Source: Gonapodya sp. JEL0774
Lineage: Eukaryota
Length of the DNA: 20,000 nucleotides
Assembly (NCBI GenBank): GCA_027604505.1
Contig: JADIIX010000026.1
Location: 177,541-197,540, forward strand
Direction: 5' to 3'
The translations under genes were made by a program, and so were the position numbers. Below the pieces are notes generated by a model. That model saw only the letters and a program-made list of their open reading frames with translations. It had not been told where the DNA came from and searched no databases. Shown here in pieces: positions 1 to 11,100 of the stretch (position 1 is its first letter; every line of letters starts with the position of its first letter).

Positions 1-3000
1 TGAAGAATGCAAATATCTCCCAATCTCGCGTTGCACCGCATGTCATCGCATCCGCACCCCTGGGTACCCTTCCTCGGGGTGCTGCTGCTGCCCTGCCACC
101 TCCCACGGTTCTTCCCAATCCACAGGGATCTATCGCAAGGGCGTTCAAAGCCTACTCGGCTGGCGACTTGACAACGCTCGCAGCCTACCCATCCCCACCG
201 CCATCTGGTGCGACTCAAACTCAAACACCACCCCAATCCCTATTTTCCTCGTTCTCTCGCTCGGCCCGCCCACGCGCTGGCACAGGTGGCTTATCCCCTC
301 ACTCCACTCTAGCTTCAACACCGTCCCACGCATCCAAACCCCCGTTCGCGAACGCTATGGCTGCTGCCGCTGCCGCTCTGTTTCAAATCCAACCGCAAGC
401 CTCAAACTCGGTGTCACTTGCGTCCGCGTCCTCGCCTGCAGATGTTGCGAATCAAGGTCTGCAGCCGCGTGCCCCACCAAAGTCCAAATCAGCCGGAAAC
501 ATGGCGCGACTGTCACCATCGCATTCTGCAGATGCTCTAACGCTGATGGCACGAACACACACCGCTGAGCGGCCACCTACAGCCACCAGTGCAACCACCG
601 CTCCTCAATCCTCTTCCTCCCGTCGTTCATGGTGGTTTGACCCCCTCTCCCGCATTGGTCTACCTTCTCGCAAGAACTCCCCTGCGACAACATCTCTCGC
701 CGATGCGACCACCTCTCCGCCTGCCCTCCCACTACAAACTGACCTCAAGAGCAAATCACCGACACTCCTTCATGGCGTCGAGAACATTTCCCCTTCCGAC
801 AACGCAACGCGAGAAGTGCCCCCGTATAGCAACCATTCCCTACCCCGCCCACCCGTTCCACCCAAAGATTCCGTGGCGACTCCGAAGGCACCCATCACTC
901 CTTCTCAAATCCGCCCCTCTCTCCCACTCTCGCTATCCGTGCCAGATAAAGACCTTCCTCCGCTCCCGTCCCAATCTGTCCCTCAACGTCAAGTGGTTAT
1001 TCCAGATTCACCAGAGACGGTGTTTGAACACAGTTCAGAAAGACGAGTGGTGGAAAACGACGAGATGGGGAAGTTAGGAATGGATTCATCAGAGAAGAGT
1101 TGCTGTGGAGGACACAGTGAGTAATTCCAGATACGGCAACCACCATATCGCCGCAGCTGAGCCCCCCTTGCAATGTCTTTTCACAAATTCTTCATCCTCC
1201 GTCGCAACTCCCTCTACTCTTCCACCTTTGCTCGCCCTCGCTACTTCAACTATGAACACAGGCGTCCCACCCACCACGACTGGTCAGGCGCCATCAACAC
1301 GGCTGTCGTCCATTCCCTTAAGCGAGCGTACTTCCAGTACCTCTGAGTACAATTATAACGCTCTATCACTGTCCACTTCCTCGTCGACAGCTGCTCCTGC
1401 AGACGCGTTCACCCTCTCCGCTCCGGTTCCTTATCTGCACGAAACAACAACGACTTTGATGCAGACTTTTGCCCGCTCGTACCCTTCCGCACCGCCCATG
1501 CTCAGTGCTTCCGCGTGCGACGCTTCAACGTCATTTGGGCTCTCATTATCAGGACCGTCGGCATCGGCATCCCCTGCGCTCATTGCTGCAATCATCGCTG
1601 CTCGGGCACGTGCCATTCCTGTGCTTCCCACAGACTTACTCGCCCATCTTCGCCTGGCACCCGCAACTGAGAACCCACTCCGCTGTCTCGTCAGCCGATC
1701 TTCGCTTCTCCCGGTTGACCTGCGACCCCTCCCGTCTTACTCGCGATCACATCTCAATACAGCTGTATCTCTTTCCCTTGCCCCTGTATTCAAGACTCGT
1801 CTGCGAGCTCGACCGGAAGCAGCGAGGCGGTACGCTCTAGATCGAACAGTGACGGACGCGCAAGGAGGAGGTAGTCTGGTGTGGGAGAACTGGCGGGGCG
1901 GCCTGAATGGCGATGTCAGTGAAGGAGGAAGGGAGAGGATGATTTTGGTGTTTGATGACATGATGGATGAATCGGACTCCGCAGTCGATGGGGACGGTTG
2001 GCTCATGCTGCTCATGCTGGATCGCACAATTGCCTCAGCTTCAACACCGCCTGCATCCGATACTGCTTCAATTGCGTCCGCATCTACGACGTCTGATGCA
2101 TGTCAACCAGTCCTTCCGGAAGACACGAAGCTTGCCTACCTGGTTGGAGGATGGCGGGCATTTGCCGCACTCGATGGCGCCCAAGAATGGATTGTGGGCG
2201 CGGAAGGGGAAGACAATATCGAGTCAGACGACAATGCCACGTCTACGGGAGGGCACGGTAGCCGCAATGCGTCGCCTGCCCCAGGACCTCAGAACTCTCG
2301 GAGAATTTCGACTCTGTCGATAAACACAATATCTGCACGTGATAGGGCGGATCGTGTGCGAGAGAAAGCGGAACGACGGAAATCTGGCAACACGCTTGGT
2401 ATCACTACTGGTGGTGCTGGAAGAATTGGATCACGGAACAGTGTCGTATATCAGCGCCTCGCTGGTGGTGATGAGGACGATGGTGATAATGGAGGGAAGA
2501 GAAGAGCAAGAGGTGCGACATTTTCGGGACTGTCGGTGTCAGCGAATGCTGCGGGGAAAGGTGTAATCACTGCAAAGAGGCCTGCAAGCTCAAACATGGT
2601 GGGCGGATGGGAGGCGGAGGGCGAAAAGGAGGAAAATTGGAGACCTCCTCGAGTGAGCGTTGTCGGAAAGCGGCCGGCTAGTGCCAATATAGCAGGAAGT
2701 AGAGGATGGGAGGGGGATACAGAAGACCAGGAACTCTCCACTCGGCAGCCCGCAAAGGTTGTCTTGTCTTTACCACGCCCCGGCAGGACAGGAAACGGAT
2801 TCGGCCACAAGAAAGGCGATTCGGGTGGATCATCGGCGCCGCCCATGACGCCCGTAAGTATGACCTCAGATGGAGGTTACTTCGATGACGCGACGAGCTC
2901 TAGGCGCTTGTCAGCGGTTCGTTCGGGAGAGCCCAGCGTCGGCATGGGCTCCGATATGGGGTCAAGCTTCGGGGGGTGGCCCGATATTGCAGGATCGCCC

Positions 3001-4021
3001 GATAGCGCGGGAAGCGCCGGAACGCACTTTTTCCGTACCCCTGCGACCTTAACCGCGAGCGCGGCGGGATCTGCGGTGCCACCACGCGACGTGCTCAAAT
3101 GCGATGGAAATGAAGAAAGCGACCAGTGGTCGGACAAACTCGGCGTCGCATCCGAGAACTCTGTGAAATTGATTGAATCACATCGTGAGCAGGTGGGGAA
3201 AGCGTGGTCACCCGGCACGGCTGTGGGACTGCTCGCACCTGATGTGTTTGGATTTCTCGATGATCCCAACTTGGCGAATGAAAATGGCGAGATCATGGAT
3301 GGAGACCAAGAGTTTGAGGAGCAAGACCAAGAATATAACGACCACCACGCACGAGGTTATTCGACGGCGTCGGGTGAGTCTACGCCCACTTCGGACGACG
3401 AAGATCATGGTCCCGAGATGGTGGATTTGTACACGCAAGTTCTGGACAACCTCTACATCGGGTCCGACGAAATTCCCTCATCGAGTGATGGGCGAGATCG
3501 TATGAAAGAATTGCGTGTGACGCATGTACTCAATGTGGCGACAGAAGTCACCGGCATGGAAGCGCACCAAAGCGACTTGTGTGATGCCGGATTCGTTTGT
3601 CTGAAGATGCACGTAAAAGACAATGCCAACGAAGACATGGAGAAGTATCTGAGGCAGGGAATCGAGTTTATAGGTGAGGCCACAAAGCACCCGGAGAAAC
3701 GTGTGTACGGATTTCATTTGATTTCTGTCATCTCTCACAAAACCAGAAACCGCTCATAGAGACCCCAACGCGGTTGTTTTTGTGCACTGCAAAATGGGAG
3801 TATCCCGCTCCGCAACCATCGTGATTGGGTATCTCATGAAGCGTCTTCAATGGTCCGAGAGCAAAGCTTTCGCGTTCCTTCGCAAGAAAAGACCGGTCAT
3901 TCAACCTAATCTGGGATTCTTGATAGTGCTACGGAACTGGGAGCGAGAGCTGTTTGGACCGGGAGGGTCGACCAGCAGCTTCGAATCTGTTCAAGAGTGC
4001 GGAATTCGGGGGTCGGGGTAG
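1..4021 (+). CDS. Dual-specificity protein phosphatase, MKP-like (low-complexity N-terminus, rhodanese/CH2 domain, C-terminal DSP domain); 5' end outside the window
   Basis: The frame is open from position 3 (KNANISQ...) to a GTGAGT donor at 1117. In-frame acceptors are CAG 1156 or CAG 1261 (ambiguous). The next exon runs to 3673. Intron 3674-3746 (GTGAGG..CTCAC..CAG) yields FIETAHRDPNAVVFVHCKMGVSRSATIVIGYLM...RPVIQPNLGF, with the intact HCxxGxxRS P-loop. Upstream are TQVLDNLYIGS and VTHVLNVA. Rhodanese motifs LLPVDLRPLPSYSRSHLNTAVSL (~1700-1770) and YLVGGWRAF (~2137-2163) are present. Stop TAG at 4021. Confidence 0.88.
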
Positions 4022-4846
4022 GCCTTGAACGCTCGCGAGAGTTCTGTGACTCTGTCTTAATGTATTATGGTCTTCGTACACGTTATGGTGCTTAATTTCA
4101 TTTTTGAGGGCGACGTGGGAATTCTGTGTCATATCATATCTCGAACTGTACATATAGTGTATTTGCATATTGAAAAAAGAAACAGCGAATTCGCATTGCA
4201 ACTCGGAACTGTTTACCTGATTAGCACCCTGTCTGTTGTTCAGTTCCTGGTTTCAAAGAGCATCTTTGCCACGCTGACATGAAATAGTTGGTTAGTAACT
4301 AAATTCTCATTATTACTTGCAATTTGCGTAACCATCCCGCAAGGAGCATTCCAATATTCTGTATGTAATAAGATTCGAGCGGGGGGTGACATTACGAGCC
4401 AAAAACCGCGGGTACTTTGCGAATTCATATTTCGTTTAGCTTTCAAGGAGTTTTTGCGATGCCTATGAAGACGGTTAGACCTTATTGATATCGTTGTCTC
4501 TCCTCCGCCGCCGCTCAGGCTTTGAGTTGAGGCACACAAACAGGTATCTATCTCATCGCTAAGAACGGGACTGGATTTTTTTTATTCCATCGAACTTCCG
4601 TTGAGAATTCCGCTTTATATTGGTACAGCAAAACGTTATAGGTTTATTTTTATCCCTGAGGATTCCGAACGTCATGACGGATGTGTTGAACGGAAAAGCC
4701 GGGGCCATCCGTCACTGCAGCTGCACCGATACGTGTTCGTCGGTTTTTCGTTGCACCACCCGTCAAATCTCAACCGGTCGGTCTCGCCGCCCGTCCAGAA
4801 ATCTCTCGACTTCCGATTGTACGGAATCTGTGCTTGATTCTGCTGT

Positions 4847-5120
4847 GTGAGTTACGGCCCCAGCCCTCGGGAGAGCTTTCAGATGACTCGGCGCGCACGG
4901 ACGGTGACATGAGCATATCGCTGCCTTTTCAATGGTGGGAACACCTCGATGGCGGATCAAACAGCCAGAAAATGCACTGGAGTCTCTGTTTTTACGCCCT
5001 CTGAGCGTTTGGAATCGTATCGGGGCAGTTTCTATGTCAGAGGGCTCTCTTTTTCTCATGTGTCATCAATACAACTTGCACCATGCCTGCACGGTCATTC
5101 TTACGGTCTGACTACGACAG
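4847..5120 (+). other. Probable 5'-UTR intron of the SMYD-like gene
   Basis: Donor GTGAGT at 4847, branch CTGAC at 5108-5112 and CAG at 5118-5120, ending 46 nt before ATG 5167. An alternative acceptor is TAG 5137. Confidence 0.45.
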
Positions 5121-5166
5121 TTTGCTTTTTTTATTAGCTGAAAGTTTGTTATTTCGCAAGCTGCAA

Positions 5167-7947
5167 ATGACGGTTGCCGCTCACAAGGCCAAGGCCCACA
5201 AATCAAAGAGTCTCAAGGCTCAATCCCTCTTGGCCAAGTATGCTCCGTATTTCGGAACTGGTACAGAGGGACTCCTTCAGCTCCGCTCGAGCTCCGCCCG
5301 GGGCCGGTACACCGTTGCAGACCGCGACATCCGATCGGGCAGCGTCGTCCATGAAGAGGCAGCTTACACACACATCATCCGTCGAGCACACGTGGGCGAT
5401 ATTTGTGCCTTTTGCCTAAATCAGTTCAAGACCCAGATTAGCGCCAAGGCAGTGGCGATATACGGGAGCCAGGTTCCCATCACCAAGGTCTTTGTTCCTT
5501 GTGCGATCGGCAAGTGCGGTCGGGCGACCAACTATTGCTCCGAAGAATGCCGAAAGGCGGACGAGGAGCGACATGAACTGGAATGCGAGGTGGTCGGAGG
5601 ACTGGAGAAGGTTGCACAAACCGCAAGCATCGATTGGGACCTTGTGCGGATAATAGTATCAACATTGGCGAAAAAAGCTTTGGAAGCTAAGAAAAACGTT
5701 GCCGAAGGTGATTCCACCGCTCTTGACGCGCGTGAGTACACTGGGCGGCTGCCTGTGGATCATCGGTCCTCTCAAAACCTTCCCCGGTCCAGGTATCGCT
5801 ACTTGGAATTCTGTTTGCGACATTCCTAACGCACGTGAATTGAAGGTTCGACTGGAGAAGGAGTGGTTAGAGCAGTGGTCGAAAGCTTGTATGTCGGCTT
5901 TTCGTATCACCACTTCCCTACCCAAACTCTGACTACCAACCCTAATTCGGTCAGCAAAATTACTTCACGATATTCTCCCTCCGTCTATGAGATTATCCAT
6001 TTCCGAGTTAATTGATCTTGCTTGCAAGTAAGGCCCTGTTGCGGTGATCCGGCAATCCGCGGGTCATTGATCACCCCTCCACTTTTGCAGAATCCAATCT
6101 ATTGTACAACTCTTCCCTTCACCCCTCCGCCCGCCTCCCGAAGGTCAGCCACCGCAATCCGACCTCCGTGAAGCCGTCTACGCCATCTTCCCAGTCACCA
6201 TGCTTTGGTTTGCGCACTCTTGTAGGTAAGGGACTGACGCCTGCACGATATTTCCAAGTGTTGGCACATCTCATTTTGTATTTGCCTGTGATCCAGCGCA
6301 AATGCTATTCTGGCCAACAAGGAGGAGCTGCCTGACCCGTCACCCTCCGCAACCGTGAACGGGTATCCGCGACTTGTCGTCCGCGCTATCCGTGACATCC
6401 CTGCGAATAGCGAAGTTACGATTTCGTACGTGGACACATTTTTGCCCCGTCCGGAAAGGCGAATCGAAAGTATGTATTGATGATGTGATAGCTCCTCCGG
6501 ACATTCAATCGCGACGTGATGTCATAAAACCCGTGCATTTATTTTTCTAACACATCACGATATCTTTTTTGGACAGTCTTCTGCCTCCGTCACACGTGGT
6601 GCGAATGCCCTCGCTGTAAACCTCCCATGAAAGTGTCTGCGGATCGCTTCCTCAGTGGAATTGTGTGCCTCTATTGTAGCGAAGGAGTTTACGCTCTGGA
6701 AGATGATGGAAAGGCAACTCTGGAGAAACTTCTGAGGGCCGCTCAGGAGGAAAAGGATAGGACGAAGGAGGAGTTGACGGCCGCCGCCGCAAAAAGGACC
6801 GACACTGTGACGAAGGAAGCAGTGGACAGTTCGGATGAACATGAAATTGGACTTAACGGAAACAAGCAGAGTGGCACTGAAGACGTCAAGGCAAAAAATA
6901 TAAATGGCAATGGTATCGAGATGATGAATGGACACGCTGAGGTACCAGATGTTGCAAATGCTGCGGAAGGCAACGGTTCGCACAAACCTAACGGTTCTAT
7001 CGACACGTACAACCAGATCCCAGAAGATGTTGCTGACCAGACTACAAAAGATGATGTCGCAGTTCCCCAAAGTGACGAAGTTGCCATAAAATCCGCACCA
7101 ACTGATCCCGCAACCCCTGAAGAACCTCCAATTGCAATGACTCTCGCAAAAATCCTCGAGGATCCGTCGGAGCCTCGTTCTTCGTGCAGCGTCTGTGACC
7201 ACGTCATGCCGACTGCGTGGCTTATAACTTTCCAACAGATTATTCAGGGGGAACAGCAACGCTTGGCAAACCTTATCCAGTCAGCCCAAACACCCTCAGG
7301 TGCTGCCATAACCTCTATCGTGCGCCCAGCATTGGAGGCATTCTTGTCAAAAACTGTTCACGAATTTTCCCGGTCGAACGGACAACAAACGCTCGCAGTA
7401 AAACCGGGGCCACGACCGAAGCTCACCGAGATGGATTTGTGGACGGAGGCAGAAGTCTTTGGGAGGATGAGGCTGCACCCATCGTCCAACATGGTTGTGG
7501 CGACAAGGATCCCACTGTTAAACATGGTTATGGCGGATGAGGAATGGCAAGGCGCTTATGTGACAACAAAGGAGGTACGTCAGAGTCAAGTCATTTAACC
7601 ACATTCAACCATTTTCATTTCTAGTCGGGTAACAGATAATCAACGCGATGGAAAAATCTGGAGCGATGCCCACTGATCACCCCGAGATGGGAGATTTTCA
7701 TTTATACCTTGCTGAGAACGCCGGTCGGGTCGCGCAAATGTATGCAGGAACAGTCGGAAAGCTGTGAGTATTGGATTCTAGTAATCTGATTGCTCTCAAG
7801 ATTCACAACCGCTTTGATGAACGGAATAGTTACGAACGGGAAGCACGGGATGCATACAGGCGGTGCTTGGAAATCCGCCGGAGATGCTTTGGAGAAGATC
7901 ATTCCAAGACGATTGAAGTAAAAAAGAGACTCGGAATAAAGGTTTGA
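5167..7947 (+). CDS. SET and MYND domain protein (SMYD family) with post-SET zinc motif and C-terminal TPR-like domain
   Basis: Exons 5167-5731, 5793-5888, 5955-6027, 6091-6225, 6297-6469, 6577-7574, 7636-7763 and 7830-7947 are all joined by GT-AG introns and frame-consistent. Motifs: SARGRYTVADRDIRSGSVVHEE (N-SET), CAFC...PCAIGKCGRATNYCSEECRKADEERHELEC (MYND), FAHSCSAN, VVRAIRDIPANSEVTISYVD, WCECPRC (post-SET), DHPEMG and CLEIRRRCFGEDHSKT (SMYD C-terminal TPR-like). Confidence 0.9.
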
Positions 7948-8103
7948 ATATTTGAAAGAACCTTGTGCTTGGCAACAAGTTAAAATGTACAGCAAGAATA
8001 GGAATACTTTGCATGCTTGTTCGCGTTTTCTTTAATATAGAACATCGCCGAGTTCTCCAAGAGAGAGATTTGTCCTTCACGTTCAGCACCTTGTATCTCC
8101 CAA

Positions 8104-11100
8104 TTAAGCAACGACCTCGCCAGGTTCTGTTCCATCCGCTATCGACGACCTCATCGTCTCAATTTCTCCATCGCTTTCCGCACCGCCCGTCGCTCTGCGC
8201 TCATCTACTCCCTGCGAGAGCGGTGGCCGACGGGGTCCAACAGTTCTCAACACGGCGTCCAATCGATCAACCTCCCTCGACACAATTGAGTTGCTGTCCC
8301 GTGCCCCTTCAAGACGAGAAAGCGAGGCGTGTCTGGGGAGTTGCGAATGTCGGATTGGGGACGGAGTTCGAATGCGGTATCCAAACCGGTTTCCCTGAGT
8401 CAGCTGTTGCCATCGCGAGTTCACCCTTCCAGAATCTGCCCGAGAAGAGGACCCTGAGGACCCTGTTCGCGCTCGCCCGCCAATTACTGGGGGTCTAGTC
8501 CCAGAAATTGAACCTTGCTCCCACCCATCAAGGTCATCATCACTGCTCATCCAAACGTTTCTGGCCAACCTTTCCTCGCCAATTACACCTCGAGGGTTCA
8601 AGCTGGCTGAGGGACGAGGAAAGAGTCTGTTGGAGGGAAGCCCGAGGTCCCAGCCCTGCTGCTCAGCTTCCGCTTCCGCAAGAATTCTAGCAGCGCGTGC
8701 CGTGCGCGCTCTGAACCCTGGGGACCTCATCGGAGGAACCCGGAAGCTGCTACCGAACAAGTCATCCTCCGTTCCTCCCAAAGATGTTCCGACAAAAATG
8801 TCCGAATTGGTTTCTCTGACAGGCGTACGTTCGTACCACCGAGGAAACGGGTCAACCTCCAACAAAGAAGTCGCCTCAGTCTCACTGATGCGGTTAAAGA
8901 GTCGTCTCTCCCTCCTCTGTCGGTCCTCGGTTTGCTCTCTCTCCCGACTTCTACCACCCATCCACCTTCTTCCACCTGATGGTGTCCGATCCTCTTCCGC
9001 TGTGGTAAACACAGAATTTCTACCGGCGTCGTCCTCATGCGGCAGATAGTGCGAAGATGAAAGACTCCATTCGTCAACAAATGTCGAAGGATCATCTTGT
9101 CCCCGCATCGCTCGCCTGCGCCTCCTTGATACATCAGCCACCCTGTACCTCGTTTGCAAATCAGTTCGCGCCGACGTCGACACGTTGACTGCGGCAACTG
9201 TCACCGGAGGTACCGGAGACACCGAGCGGGACCGTGACCGTGATCTCGGGTTTGGCGCCACCGATGATGATGTTGAGCCTCCTGATCTCCCGAAGGCATC
9301 TCTCGCAGATAGGTCAACTGCCATTGCCTCCTCGACCCAATCCCGCCACTCATCTCCCACTTGACCTGTTGACAGGATACCTGCATTGATCTCCATTGTC
9401 CTCTCCAAAGTCCTCGTGGCTCGGCCGAGCTCTCTAGAAAGTGTAAGCAAAGGGTCATCCCTCGACAAATCAGGTTCAGCACGGTTCGGTGTCGGATTAT
9501 CCGCACGGCGATCAGGCCTTGGAACATCTGTCGGGGTCAGAGATCCATCCCTTCCAGCCTCGCCAGCACCTGACGATTCTGGCCTTCGTGTGGCACGTGC
9601 CGTTGGGCGAGGCGGTGGTGGTGCAATAGGACTCATGGGTGTGCTCCCACGTCTGTCAGGGGAGACTGGTACAGAGTCATTCAGATCGTCGGTTGGTTCC
9701 ACATCCAAGTCATCGCCTTCGCGTTCGGCGTCTACACCAGAATGATCCGCATCATGATCTGTTGTCGAATAAGTTGTAGAAAACGGATTCGGACCAAACA
9801 CTGCGGACAAGTTTCGGAGAGTTGCTTCATACCGAGGAGCAGAAGTAGCCGTGGATGTGGAACTGGAACTTCCAGGGTCTACAGAGAGCCGCACAGCTTC
9901 TGAAGTCCTCGTCAAACCGGCGGCAGTCGAGGATGAGGCTGCCCCTTCGACTGCACCATCAGCCGAGCTGGATGTGCCTCCTCTGTTCCCATTGCTACCA
10001 CTGGCTTCACCGACCTCCCCGACTCCAGCTCCGCTCGGCTTGGGTACTTGCACCTCCGACGAAGCACGGTCCCGCAGTACAGCTCCCCCCCCTCCAGTCA
10101 CCATTGAAGATTGCAAAGTACTCCCAACAGCACCGTTCGCAGGACCTCCCGCTTCTGTCGCTCCCTCGCCCCCCTGGATAACAATATCAGTTGGTACTAC
10201 AGCACCAGATAGTGTGCGAGTAACACGGAGTGGGCGCGATTGGAGGTGAGCGAGACGAAGCTCGAGACGGCGAGCATATCTTTGATGATATGCGTGGTGT
10301 CATTCAATGCAAATGGCAGCAAGATAGTTGAGGCACGAGTAATTAGAAGAGTCAACAAGCTCGTATCCACCTCTGTACATCGGCTGCCTTAGCACGCCAT
10401 CCATAGCGTCTCACTCCCCATGAAAATGTCAAGGAGCCATCTCGAGGATCCAAAAATCCGTCACTGGAAAGTCGGTCGAATCGAACGAACTAGAGCCAAT
10501 TGCAGCGTAGTTTCAAAACATAAATGGACCATTGCGATGTAATCTTCATGAACAGGGACACTAACTTTGTTGTAACCCCAGCATTCTCCTGGGGCGAAAA
10601 CTGACGAATACTCCCTACACAATGGCGGTCTGGGAGGCCTGGGCAGATCTCCTCGCCCAGTATCCGTAGTATTCGCGGCAGAAGTCGGTGCGGCAACAGT
10701 GGTATCTCCAGGTGTCGTGGAAGATGGGGGGGTCGGTGGGCGCGATGGGGGAGGTCCAGAAGGAATGATGGTGTCAGACGTAGCACCCTCCAGGTCGGAA
10801 ACGGTGATTGGTATTACAGGAAGCTGGAGAAGGGAGGAAAAGTCAATGGTTGTTCATGTTGAAACGCTCGAAAATGATACTCACTAGTTCGATTCTGTAT
10901 TGATACTCTCCACCATCCCCGTCCTGGGCTGTTTCCCAGCCTTCAATCGCATCTGGTGCTGTAGCCAGTGATATTGCCATTCCCACTACCGCAGCCTCCT
11001 CCCTGGCGGGAAGAACTTCAACAAGCCCCACTGTTCCCGAAGGTCCCGCGAGTCCTACTATTCCCGTTTCTGCTGTTTCTGTTGTTGTTTCCGTTGATCC

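Noticed and set aside
4990..5050. CTGAG-containing stem as a possible TPP riboswitch
   Set aside because: Lacks the conserved TPP core (UGAGA, CUUGAU...AUACCAGCG), and the host gene is unrelated to thiamine.
6476..6545. TGATGA box-C-like motif in a SMYD intron (C/D snoRNA?)
   Set aside because: No downstream CTGA box D or terminal stem.
7965..8498. 177-aa plus-strand ORF after the SMYD stop
   Set aside because: Non-ATG start, overlaps the TRIM37 3' end antisense, and has no protein-like motifs.
8508..10249. Several 100-160 aa plus-strand ORFs opposite the last TRIM37 exon (and similar antisense ORFs over the other genes)
   Set aside because: Shadow ORFs of GC-rich low-complexity coding sequence, with no recognisable motifs or splice support.
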